A stretch of 35,699 nt of DNA from Octopus bimaculoides (Eukaryota): NCBI RefSeq assembly GCF_001194135.2, contig NC_068982.1:87194738-87230436 (forward strand), read 5' to 3'. A model generated the notes under the pieces. It saw only the letters and a list, made by a program, of their open reading frames with translations, had not been told where the DNA came from and did no database searches. Of the stretch, positions 1 to 10,309 are shown one piece after another (positions within the stretch are counted from its first letter, which is position 1; every line of letters begins with the position of its first letter). The position numbers and the translations under genes were made by a program.

Positions 1-160
1 ATATATATATATATATATACATATATACATATATATATATACACACATACACACAAATACAACACACATACATATACATACACATATATATACATGTACA
101 TATACATACATATATATACATACATGTACATACATATATATATATATATATACATATATA
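1..160. repeat. compound (TA)n/(CA)n/(TACA)n microsatellite
   Basis: Directly visible dinucleotide runs. Confidence 0.95.
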
Positions 161-318
161 ATGCGAGAGTTAGGGGTTGAGAGTTCAACCCACTGAGGGA
201 TAGCATCTATCCAATATACTGCTGGGAGGGTACCCAATTATTGATACACTAGTGTTATACCAAGTGCAATAAATGGGAGCGGGTAAAAGGGGGAGGGTTA
301 CCCCAAATTTGTATATCA

Positions 319-642
319 ATTAGAAAATGGAGGATAATATGCTGAACCCAACTACTTGCAGACAGTGTATCCCATTGAATTCATTAATTTAATTCATAGC
401 TAAAGTGACAAAAAAGGAAAAACCCAAAGTACAGGTGTTTATGACAAACCATGTTATTTTGCCAACTGGGTTTACATATAGAAGTACAAAGTACGTTGGC
501 AAAATAACATGGTTTGTCATAAACACCTGTACCTTGGGTTTTTCCTTTTTTGTCACTTTAGCTATGAATTAAATTAATGAATTCAACGGGATACACTGTC
601 TGCAAGTAGTTGGGTTCAGCATATTATCCGCCATTTTCTAAT
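319..642. repeat. long foldback inverted repeat (148-nt arms, 28-nt loop), unclassified TE-like
   Basis: 319-466 is the reverse complement of 495-642 at 145/148 positions (manual alignment); the right arm abuts (TA)n. Confidence 0.9.
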
Positions 643-679
<37 letters not shown>

Positions 680-926
680 NNNNNNNNNNNNNNNNNNNNN
701 NNNNNNNNNNNNNNNNNNNNNNNNNNNNNNNNNNNNNNNNNNNNNNNNNNNNNNNNNNNNNNNNNNNNNNNNNNNNNNNNNNNNNNNNNNNNNNNNNNNN
801 NNNNNNNNNNNNNNNNNNNNNNNNNNNNNNNNNNNNNNNNNNNNNNNNNNNNNNNNNNNNNNNNNNNNNNNNNNNNNNNNNNNNNNNNNNNNNNNNNNNN
901 NNNNNNNNNNNNNNNNNNNNNNNNNN
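680..926. other. assembly gap (N run)
   Basis: N characters. Confidence 1.
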
Positions 927-1036
927 CTTGGGTTTTTCCTTTTTTGTCACTTTAGCTATGAATTAAATTAATGAATTCAACGGGATACACTGTCTGCAAG
1001 TAGTTGGGTTCAGCATATTATCCGCCATTTTCTAAT

Positions 1037-1077
<41 letters not shown>

Positions 1078-1104
1078 AATATATATATACATACATACAT
1101 TTGT

Positions 1105-2569
1105 ATGTATATCAATGGAGATCTAAATGACAAGCAGGCTCGTTTATCTCTCGAGATTTCTTTAGAAAGATGGATGAAACTGTTGGACAAATGTGTACTC
1201 ACTGGTGTCATGAAATGTTGGTGTTATAACCACCTGATTCTACCAAGGATCCAGTGGCAGCTGGTGAGTTATGACATTGCACTTACCTATGTAGAACGCC
1301 TGGAGACAATTGCGTCTACGTTTCTTCGCAAGTGGCTGGGTGTGAGCAGAAATCTATCCAGTGTGGCACTCTACTGTAAGCAGGCCAAATTACGACTGCC
1401 ATTGGATGGCATGACCGAGCTTGTAAAGAAGACGGCAGTAAATAGTTTGCTGCAACTTAGGGCAAGCTCCGATAAAGTGGTGCAAAAGAGTGAACCAGTT
1501 GTTCGTTGTGGGAGGAAGTGGAAACCAGTGGAAGCAGCAGTCAGGGCGGAGAGCAAACTAAGATGTGAGGACATGTCTAGGGGTCAATTTGGTCATGCAG
1601 GCCTTGGATCTTTGAAGTTTTGGGCATCATGGAGCAAGATGTCCAGCAAGGAGAGGCGATCTGAACTGTGTAAGGTGGTTTCGGCAGAGCATGATGATCT
1701 ATATTACATTTGTGCAGTTCAGCTTGGAGCGCAAGGCAGCTGGACATCATGGGAAAATGAAAAACCGCGACCTAAAATGCAGAACTCTACTTGACATGAG
1801 CCTGAAGCTGCTCCAATTTGTAATTGGTTCAATGTATGACACCGTGGCTTCACTGAAGGATTTGAAGAGATGGGGACTTGCACAAGATGACGCATGTAAC
1901 CTGTGTCAAGAGGAGGGGTGCACCACAGCTCATATTTTAGCCAGGTACCCCATCAGTCTCCGGCAAAGACGATATACTTGGCGACACAACCGAGTACTGA
2001 GAGTGTTACTCCAGGGTCTTCAGGAGGAGATATCGGAAGCAAACAAATGTCCAAAGAGAAGTGAAGATATGAAGATTCATTTCATGTGGCAGGGGGATGC
2101 TCTACCTCGTCGCGCTGAAAAGAGACGGTGGGGGCTTTTGACTTTAGTAAATGACTGGACAATCATGGCAGATTTAGACACAAAATTGATCTTCCCAGAA
2201 AAGACTGCCGTCATGAACCTTCAGCCAGACATATTAATCTTTTCCGAGCAGAGGAAGACAATAGCACTGATTGAACTTACAGTTTGTGATTAAAGCAACA
2301 TGCAGACTTCACATGAGAGGAAAATGAGGAAATACGAGGAACTAAAACTGCTTTGTGATAACAACGGTTGGGCAACTTCAGTGTGGCTGGTAGAAGTGGA
2401 CTGTAGAGGTTTCGCATCGCATGCCCTCCTTCCTTCGTTATACCGACTTGGTGCTCGTCGCTCTAAAGCAAAGGCACTAGAGAAGTTAGTATGTAGCGTT
2501 GCTGAAAGAGCTTCCTATCATCTATGGCTCTCAAGACAACAGAAATCATGGGGTACGCCCCGTGATTAA
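1105..2569 (+). mobile_element. 5'-truncated, disabled RLE-type non-LTR retrotransposon, HERO-like clade (RT C-terminus, zinc knuckle, restriction-like endonuclease)
   Basis: RT thumb 'LPRIQWQLVSYD...FLRKWLGVSRNLSSVALY'; knuckle C-x2-C-x8-H-x4-(Y instead of C); 'RYTWRHNRVL'; endonuclease 'QPDILIF...LIELTV..HERKMRKY...VEVDCRGF...VAERASYHLWL'. One frameshift near 1760 and one in-frame TAA at 2291-2293. Confidence 0.85.
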
Positions 2570-2755
2570 GACTGATCATGACGTAATAGAGGGTGCGCCG
2601 ATTCTGTTATTTCTTTATTTTCTGCAAACAAAGTGCAGAAAAAAAGCTACACGTTTTCATTATGTTATATATACAATGATAATAAAGGACGTTACCATAT
2701 ATATGTTTACAAACCAAGGACGTTATATAGACCTCCTTCACTCAAGTTAGAGAAA

Positions 2756-2840
2756 GGGTGCGTATTATACACAAGGTTTAGGTTTTTCAGAGGTACAGCC
2801 CCCTAAAAATCCCCTGTGTATTATACTCAAGGATTTACGG

Positions 2841-2842
<2 letters not shown>
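2756..2842. mobile_element. right terminus of a Tc1/mariner-superfamily (Tc2/pogo-like) non-autonomous element; may extend left to ~2570
   Basis: Ends ...GGATTTACGG|TA into a TA array, with a doubled subterminal motif (G[C/T]GTATTATAC[A/T]CAAGG); no matching left end seen. Confidence 0.5.
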
Positions 2843-3215
<373 letters not shown>

Positions 3216-3556
3216 TTTGCACACGTGACTCCCACATAGCCATCAGCCATTTTTCTTTCTTCTCCTAACTTGTGTTTCATTGTTTGTTCCTGTTGCAGCT
3301 GGACAAGGAAGATGTATTCTTGTCTGTCTCTGTCCAACCTTGTTTTTTCACGTTTGCCACTACAACCTTGATTAGGCTTAGCAGCCCTTCCTGTTTGCTT
3401 TCACTGTCCTGTTTTGTCTCCAATTTTGACCCTCCACAAAATTCCAAATTTTATTTAATTTGCTTTGCAGAGCAACTGTTTTATGAAAGGCATATCTTCT
3501 CGTGTGTTGTTTATGTTTTGTGATGTCCTGTGCCCACATATGCATATGTATATATA

Positions 3557-5199
3557 TCTTCTTAATATATAAAATCCATTCTGTCTGTCTGTTTGTGCGC
3601 TTATAACTCAAGTATTGTTCATCCAATCATGCTGAAATTTTAAACATGGATACATGAGAGAGCATGGCGTTCCATAATCAAAAAAGATTTTCAAAATCAT
3701 TAGTTTCAAAGTGAAAATCGCTATTTTTGTAATCTTTAATGTTCTGCCATTAAACAACCAGTTGCTCACACAGCCAGCACATACCATTTCGCTAGCAACA
3801 AGGGGAGTACAGGATGACAGTCAGCCAAAACCATCGCTATGCTGTCTCTCTTCTTTCCTCTCTCTGTGGGGTTAATAATCTTAATCCTTACTTACTGTTT
3901 CTCATTCAAACTACATAATAGGCAAAATTGTCGGATTAAGACAGTAGGATTTTTGAGGGAGATTTGGCTGCTATTTCTACCAGGTCTTACATCCATGTGG
4001 TTATGTATGTGAAATACTGTCCTATACATTCCTTATGCTTTCCAAAACCGAGTTACAGATTTTGACATATGGGGTATCAAAAGATCCAGTACTATTTTGG
4101 CTACAAATTAAACTTAATTTCCATTCACATATTTGCATTTCAAATAATCTTTTCCATAAATCAACTATCATAAACATTTTATACAATGACGTCACATTTT
4201 CTATATGTGTGTGTACCTTAAAAGACATCAATCATCACGACACACACCTTCACTCACTCTATCTCTCTCACATACACACGTGCAAGCATGCATGCACGCA
4301 CACACACGTCCATTTCATATAGACGTACATACATCTTTCACTTTCTTTCTCTGTTCTTTTCGCTTTCTCTTCTTTCAGTTTCTACTCTCTTCAAATAAAA
4401 TTTTTACAGATACAACTGCTTACAAAAGAAAGGATTAATGTATAATTTCTTTCTATGTTCATAATTTTTTGTTTACAATATTGGGAAAAATATGCCACCA
4501 AAAAAAAAAACGTAATCTCTCCACAAACAAGTATAAAGCAAGGAGGATTGTAGGAAACCGAAGGCGAGAGTCTGAAGAGAAAAGCTAGATGAGATTTTCT
4601 CAACATCAGCAAATGCATGTTGCAGCACTTAATGCTGGATCATTAAATCAATGTTTTATGATTAGACAGAGGTCCAACAGAAAAGCTCTCAGAAACAGAC
4701 AACGTACAAATTCGTTCTTCACAACTCCTTAAGCTGTTTTCAGATATGATCCATCCCATTCTTATAAAAATAACTCTGTCCAAATTGGTATGCTAAACAA
4801 ATTATCTTTTCTGTAGAGCTTTAAAATTTTCAAATGAAACAAATGCCATGTGCTGCTCAGGTGGTCAGGTAACATTGCCAGCACTACTAGCTCCTTCTCA
4901 ACCTCTTATGGATCTTCTAGAAGGCATTTCCATCCAGTCAAAGAATTTTCTGAACAATATCAGACAATACAACCCTGCAAATGACATCATTTGGTACATC
5001 TAAGAAGACAGATAAACATGAATTTACGACGATGTCACAGTTCAAGGGCAAGTCTATCACCTCATTGGTTCCCTGTTACCCACAAATGTTTTGTTGTCAA
5101 TGCTGCACTTTCCCATATGACCTGTTTCAACATAACTGTAATATAGTATATACAAACTATGTCATTTTAATCCCGAGCAACGCCGGGTGTCTCTGCTAG
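3557..5199 (+). mobile_element. internally deleted Helitron (copy 1)
   Basis: A|TCTTCTTAATATATAAAA 5' end at 3557; 3' hairpin CCCG-AGCAACGC-CGGG (5172-5187) followed by CTAG|T (5196-5200); inserted between A and T with no TSD; RepHel N-terminal remnant inside. Confidence 0.85.
4492..5081 (+). pseudogene. Helitron RepHel N-terminal remnant (frameshifted)
   Basis: MPPKK.. start at 4492; 'FRYDPSHSY...VQIG'; 'CRALKFSNETNAMCCSGGQVTLP...FLNNIRQYN' (4812-4979); 'QMTSFG'; 'VQGQVYHLIGSLLP', in shifting frames. Confidence 0.85.
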
Positions 5200-5398
5200 T
5201 ATATATATATATATGAAACGGGCTGCCATGTATTCATAATCATATGATCAGCCTTACCGAACCAATTGGTAATGAATGGAGGCAGTTGAAACTCTTGAAA
5301 ATTACTAAAACATTTACAACATTCCACATAAATGTGAGTGTGTGTGTGGGGGGGGGGGTTACTGAACTTCTAACTAGTGGTTTAGTTTAGCCTCTTAC

Positions 5399-5492
5399 CA
5401 AATGTCTCTCCTTGAACAGATCTCTACAGTACGTGTCCATTGCAAAATTATTCAACTTGTCAAGCTAGGTTTACACTTCGTAGCGATTAGTT
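5399..5492 (-). pseudogene. degenerate duplicate of the PGM3 leader/start-codon segment (pseudo-exon MDTYCRDLFKERHL followed by GTAAG)
   Basis: 16/16 match 5431-5446 vs 6495-6510 spanning the ATG; 24/27 match 5466-5492 vs 6548-6574; donor-like G|GTAAG at 5399/5398. Confidence 0.6.
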
Positions 5493-5879
5493 GTTTTTTC
5501 TTCTTTTTTTTAAGGTAAACTGTACGTCGTTAATGGAACAAAATGTGTGACAATCTAGATCAAAGTTTAAATAATTTTAAAATTTCTACAATTTTTTTTT
5601 TCTTATAAGGAAGGGAAACAAGTTTTATTGGCGGTTTAAACGTAAATTCAAAAACTACAATTAACAATGCTATATTTTGGTACACTCAACATTCAATTAA
5701 TTCATTAAAAGATATCAAAACCATGTAAAGTATAATTTTTAACTACGGCTTTTGAAAAAGAATTAACACAGATGGCTTTCTTATGCTACACATTGTAATT
5801 AGATTTGAATAATCTTCTCTTTATTTATTTCTAATGAAGTATAGGAACATATATCATCCTTCATATTTGACTTGAAGTT

Positions 5880-5950
5880 TGTTTTATCGACTTCGGAAGG
5901 ATGAAAAGCAAAATTAACTGTGATGGAATTTGAACTTAAATCTAAAGGGT
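5880..5950 (-). mobile_element. SINE fragment, Nin/Deu-domain-like
   Basis: Reverse strand reads agttcaaattcc...ttttgcttttcatccttccgaagtcgataaaa. Confidence 0.6.
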
Positions 5951-6406
5951 CGTAACTAAATCATTTTAACCAATGTTGTCAACTACTGCCCAATAGACAA
6001 GTTAAAATAAATTTAAAACGATAAATAAATTAAGAAAGAATAAAATATCATAAATTAGCTACTATAGCTAATTCAGCAGCGATCGAGATCGAAATAGCAA
6101 ATTCACCTTATATATAAATTAAACCGGTACGACATTAAAGCAATGTAATTATAAATTCAAGACTACAAGTGATAAAAGTCAATTCAATTTAGAAAAATGT
6201 ATAACTAGGCTTGCATGCTATAAAAGTACGAAAATCCAAAGTCTATCCTATAAATTAAATCGTACAGAAACTTAAATGTTTACATACAACTGAACAGTCA
6301 GTGCGTAGCAGGAATGGAATGCTTGACATTTAACAAGGATTTTTAAGTGGCTGAAAAACAAAAATAATTGATTTTGAAGAAAGATAGAAAGAAAATCTAC
6401 ACATAC

Positions 6407-6504
6407 TTAGTTCTAAACCCGGCAGTGCCATAATTTAGGTACTTCTCACACGTCTTCGAATACTTTGCCTTCAGAGAATCGTCGATGAGACAAGACGTGT
6501 CCAT
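6407..6504 (-). CDS. PGM3: phosphoacetylglucosamine mutase, first coding exon (MDTSCLIDDSLKAKYSKTCEKYLNYGTAGFRT + phase-2 intron); remainder outside the window to the left
   Basis: ATG at 6504; 32 codons ending in the PGM3/AGM1 N-terminal signature YGTAGFRT(K) at the expected distance from Met; donor AA|GTATGT at 6407/6406; upstream acceptor TACAG|G at 6579/6578. Too short for the ORF track. Confidence 0.85.
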
Positions 6505-6876
6505 TGCAAACAATGTGGTTAATTTGTCAGGCCACACAAATCGAGAGTAGGTTTACTCTTTGTCGCGATTAGTTATTCCTGTATTTTATGTAAACAAACA
6601 GAAAATACTTTGTACAAAAACGTTTCCACAAGGAAATAATTATATTTAAATAAGTTTTTCCAAATTTTGTTTTAATTTTAGTTAGGAGCTTGAATGGGAA
6701 TAAGTTTGTAAATAATTATGTTGCTACGTAACTTTTGAAATCTATTTCTACTAAGTAATTTCTTATAATATTTTAAAGCGGTGAACTGGCGTTAGCGCGC
6801 CGGACAAAGTGCAAAGATCAAAGTCCGGATCTATTCTGTTTGGCGGTCGACTGTCCATTGTGATGACAAGACTTAC

Positions 6877-6960
6877 CGACTCAAACACGAATTCTTTTAG
6901 GAAAAAAAACTTTCAGTAGACATCTTGGCCCCGAAACCCGCAAAATTAAACAAGTTTGTT
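6877..6960 (-). other. PGM3: putative non-coding first exon of PGM3 (upper boundary approximate), containing an 8-aa uORF at 6923-6897
   Basis: Consensus donor CG|GTAAGT at 6877/6876; 298-nt intron to the acceptor at 6579; locally CpG-richer sequence. TSS not determinable. Confidence 0.45.
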
Positions 6961-7039
6961 AGTCATCTCATCAATGCAGAAAAGAATAAATTATTAATTT
7001 GGCATTAAATAAAGATTTCTGCACACACCCACTATCCGA

Positions 7040-8192
7040 CTTCGGATGATCATAACTTTCAGAATAATGGATATTTTTTAATGAAATTTTCTATGAATAT
7101 GTGTTGTATCATGTAGATTCCAAATATACAAAATTGGTGGGGAATGTTTTAGGAAGGGGTGGGATGGGGAATTTCGAAAATTCACCGGAGTCCACTTCAA
7201 TTCGTCTTAACTTTCAAGAAAATGGATATTTTTTAATGAAATTCTCTACAAATACACCTTGGACTATGTAAATTCCGAGGACTTAGGAATTTGGGGTGAA
7301 AACAATTGGGAGTTATTTTTGAGAACCGTTCCCCACTCGCGGGGGGCAGAAATCTGTCTAAATTTTGATCCTTTCACCCGCATGATTTACAGTAAGAAAA
7401 AAATAACTCGGATTTTTTGCGTGGAATCAAGTACCCTGACCTCCTAATATGCTGCAAATCCCTTATTTTTGTTCGGAAAAAAGTGGAGAATCATTGGAAT
7501 TTTTTTTTTATGAATTCCGGTGACCTCCTAATAATAGTTTCATTTCGGCGCCAAAAATTGCAAAGGGAAAATGCTTTAGTTTTTCAAATCTATTCTGCAA
7601 TCTGGAATATATATTATATCCAGTGATTTTAAGAGGTAGGAAAAAGATATTTTGTTAATATTATACTTTTACTTCATTTCACACATACATGCAAAAGCTC
7701 TAACATGTTTGTTTTCACTAACTTCTATAACCTCTGCATTTTCACTTATTTATTTCAAACTTTGAATTTTCATTCTAATGTAATCCATACTCTCTCGAAA
7801 ACGTATTTCTGCAAAATGTTATCTAAAATTATGGGCAAAGAAAGAAATAGCAAAAAATATTCGAAAATGGGGGTGGGATGAAATTTCCGAGGGTTCCACC
7901 CCACCCACCCCGTTTTCCGGACTCAAAAACGGGTATTGTAGCATATTAGGGGATCACCGGAATTCATTCAACGGGGAAAAAAAGTCCAATGATTCGAGGA
8001 TAGGGGGTGGTTCCCTCCCTCCACACTTTTTTTTCCGAACAAAAATAAGGGGTTTGCAGCATATTAGGCGGTCAGGGTACTTGATTCCACGTAAAAAATC
8101 CGAGATTTTTTTTTTTTCTTAGTGAAAATCGTGCGGGTGAAAGGATCAAATAATACCGGAATCTGTAGTTATGCCTGGAAGGGAGACAACTC
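7040..8192. mobile_element. non-autonomous DNA-transposon-like foldback region with internal direct and inverted repeats
   Basis: Direct repeat 'taactttc..aatggatattttttaatgaaatt' near 7053 and 7208; inverted repeat ~7364-7541 / ~7944-8150; runs into a gap. Confidence 0.6.
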
Positions 8193-8935
8193 NNNNNNNN
8201 NNNNNNNNNNNNNNNNNNNNNNNNNNNNNNNNNNNNNNNNNNNNNNNNNNNNNNNNNNNNNNNNNNNNNNNNNNNNNNNNNNNNNNNNNNNNNNNNNNNN
8301 NNNNNNNNNNNNNNNNNNNNNNNNNNNNNNNNNNNNNNNNNNNNNNNNNNNNNNNNNNNNNNNNNNNNNNNNNNNNNNNNNNNNNNNNNNNNNNNNNNNN
8401 NNNNNNNNNNNNNNNNNNNNNNNNNNNNNNNNNNNNNNNNNNNNNNNNNNNNNNNNNNNNNNNNNNNNNNNNNNNNNNNNNNNNNNNNNNNNNNNNNNNN
8501 NNNNNNNNNNNNNNNNNNNNNNNNNNNNNNNNNNNNNNNNNNNNNNNNNNNNNNNNNNNNNNNNNNNNNNNNNNNNNNNNNNNNNNNNNNNNNNNNNNNN
8601 NNNNNNNNNNNNNNNNNNNNNNNNNNNNNNNNNNNNNNNNNNNNNNNNNNNNNNNNNNNNNNNNNNNNNNNNNNNNNNNNNNNNNNNNNNNNNNNNNNNN
8701 NNNNNNNNNNNNNNNNNNNNNNNNNNNNNNNNNNNNNNNNNNNNNNNNNNNNNNNNNNNNNNNNNNNNNNNNNNNNNNNNNNNNNNNNNNNNNNNNNNNN
8801 NNNNNNNNNNNNNNNNNNNNNNNNNNNNNNNNNNNNNNNNNNNNNNNNNNNNNNNNNNNNNNNNNNNNNNNNNNNNNNNNNNNNNNNNNNNNNNNNNNNN
8901 NNNNNNNNNNNNNNNNNNNNNNNNNNNNNNNNNNN
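8193..8935. other. assembly gap (N run)
   Basis: N characters. Confidence 1.
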
Positions 8936-9334
8936 TTTAAACAGCAATATATTTGTAATTTGAATTTTTAACCCCCACCCCGCATTAACTGAGTCTATGC
9001 ATCTGTGTGTGTGTATGTGTGTACGAAAAAACATTTACTAACAGAAAAGTACGCTATTAAAATAAAGTGTCTTTCATGTGCCTCTTTTTAAATCACTTTG
9101 TCACCCTTATAAAACCCCTGACACGCATGCATATACACTCTAACAAACACACGCACACACTCAGTGTGAGCTATATACTTTTATAGAGTGAGAAAAGTTG
9201 TATTCTTACCCTTACAACTGAGAACAGAATAATTGTTTCTAATAGTATAGGCATTACAAAGAGAATATCCCAGGGAAATAGTTTTTCTGTAGTTCTTTTC
9301 ATTTTGACACTGACTCCATTATCGTTCCTACAGC

Positions 9335-10300
9335 AGAGAGTCGTTTATGTGTCACAGAATTGAAGGTTTTAACAAAGTCAGATAGATAACATCTACCCAT
9401 GGGCCGCCATCAGTAATTTGGGTGATGTCCTTAAGAAACTCGATGAGGTGACTGCAGCAGCTGGAGTAAGGGATAAATCCAAATTGTGAGGGTTGAATAA
9501 AGCTGTGAGAGCTCCAGAAGTTCCAGAGTGTTCCTCTGACAAAAAGACACCATCAGTTTGGTGACACAGCTAGTAAGACTGACTGGACGGTAGTTGACAG
9601 GTGATGTGCGATCACCCTTTTTGAACAGGAGAATAACACTAGCAATTTTCCACTGCTCTGGAGTGACACAGATATTAAGGAAGAAGAAGCTGGAGTAAAA
9701 GAAAGAACCCGCTACATTAGAGAAGCAGATATGTAACATCATCAAGACAAGGAGAGGTACAGTTGCACTTATTCTTGAGGTGGCATTGCAGGTGTAAATT
9801 TCACAGATGTTATAGAATTTGATGTCATAGATGATGGAGAAGGTATATTTGGATTTTCAACAGTAAAATGCCAGTATAGCATTCAGCAATAAGTTCAGCG
9901 CATTCTTTGGAATCATCAGTGGTCCGACCCGTGTGGGGATTGTAAAGAGGGCCAACTGGAGAGTGAAGTCTCTGCTTCGAACGTACATATTTCCAGGACA
10001 CTTTGCTGTGAGGGCTGGTTGCTCAAAGTCAAGTACTGCTTTTATGTCACTTGCTTGAGATGGTTGGACGATAATTGCGCCTTCTTCTATTCTCTTCTGT
10101 TCTATGCAGTCTATATTCCTGTTCAGCATCATGACGATCTTTCTTGTGAAGTCGAACTGCTGAACTCTCCCAAGTTGCACTTTGGGTTTTATTAGAGCGT
10201 TTGCGTGGTACTGATGCTTCACTTGCAGCCCAGATTATACTGAAGGTGTTTTGAAATGCGGTATTGACGTTCGCTGAGTCATAAAATTCAAATCAGTTTG
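9335..10300 (-). mobile_element. CR1-like LINE ORF2 fragment (linker and start of RT), degenerate
   Basis: 'VSWKYVRSKQRLHSPVGPL...TDDSKECAEL'; 'PEQWKIASVILLFKKGDRTSPVNYRPVSLTSCVTKLM'; 'QFGF...VDVIYL/DFVKTFNSVTHKRL', across frameshifts. Confidence 0.85.
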
Positions 10301-10309
10301 GGCGTTGTG

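Noticed and set aside
610-966. ORFs made largely of X (also 8072-9034, 8122-8971, 25212-26390)
   Set aside because: They are open only because N runs contain no stops.
927-1036. Exact 110-nt direct duplicate of 533-642, each followed by (TA)n
   Set aside because: The copies flank an N gap and are identical, typical of overlapping contig ends around an unresolved microsatellite; treated as an assembly artefact.
4754-4783. Minus-strand 'LDRVIFIRMG', resembling the expected next PGM3 exon (LDHVMFRMG)
   Set aside because: It is the antisense of the Helitron Rep remnant (plus strand YDPSHSY..VQIG), has no continuation to 'LLAVLRS' or the SHN motif, and lacks fitting splice sites; judged coincidental.
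6763-6858. Short minus-strand ORF MDSRPPNRIDPDF.. sharing 'caatggac' with the PGM3 start
   Set aside because: Only 8 nt are shared, it lies inside the putative intron 1, and there is no recognisable protein similarity.
9857-10222. 121-aa ORF with a faint PIF1-like 'KIVMMLNRNID'
   Set aside because: Another minus-strand frame over the same bases gives a clear CR1 linker (WKYVRSK..VGPL), so this is an off-frame ORF.
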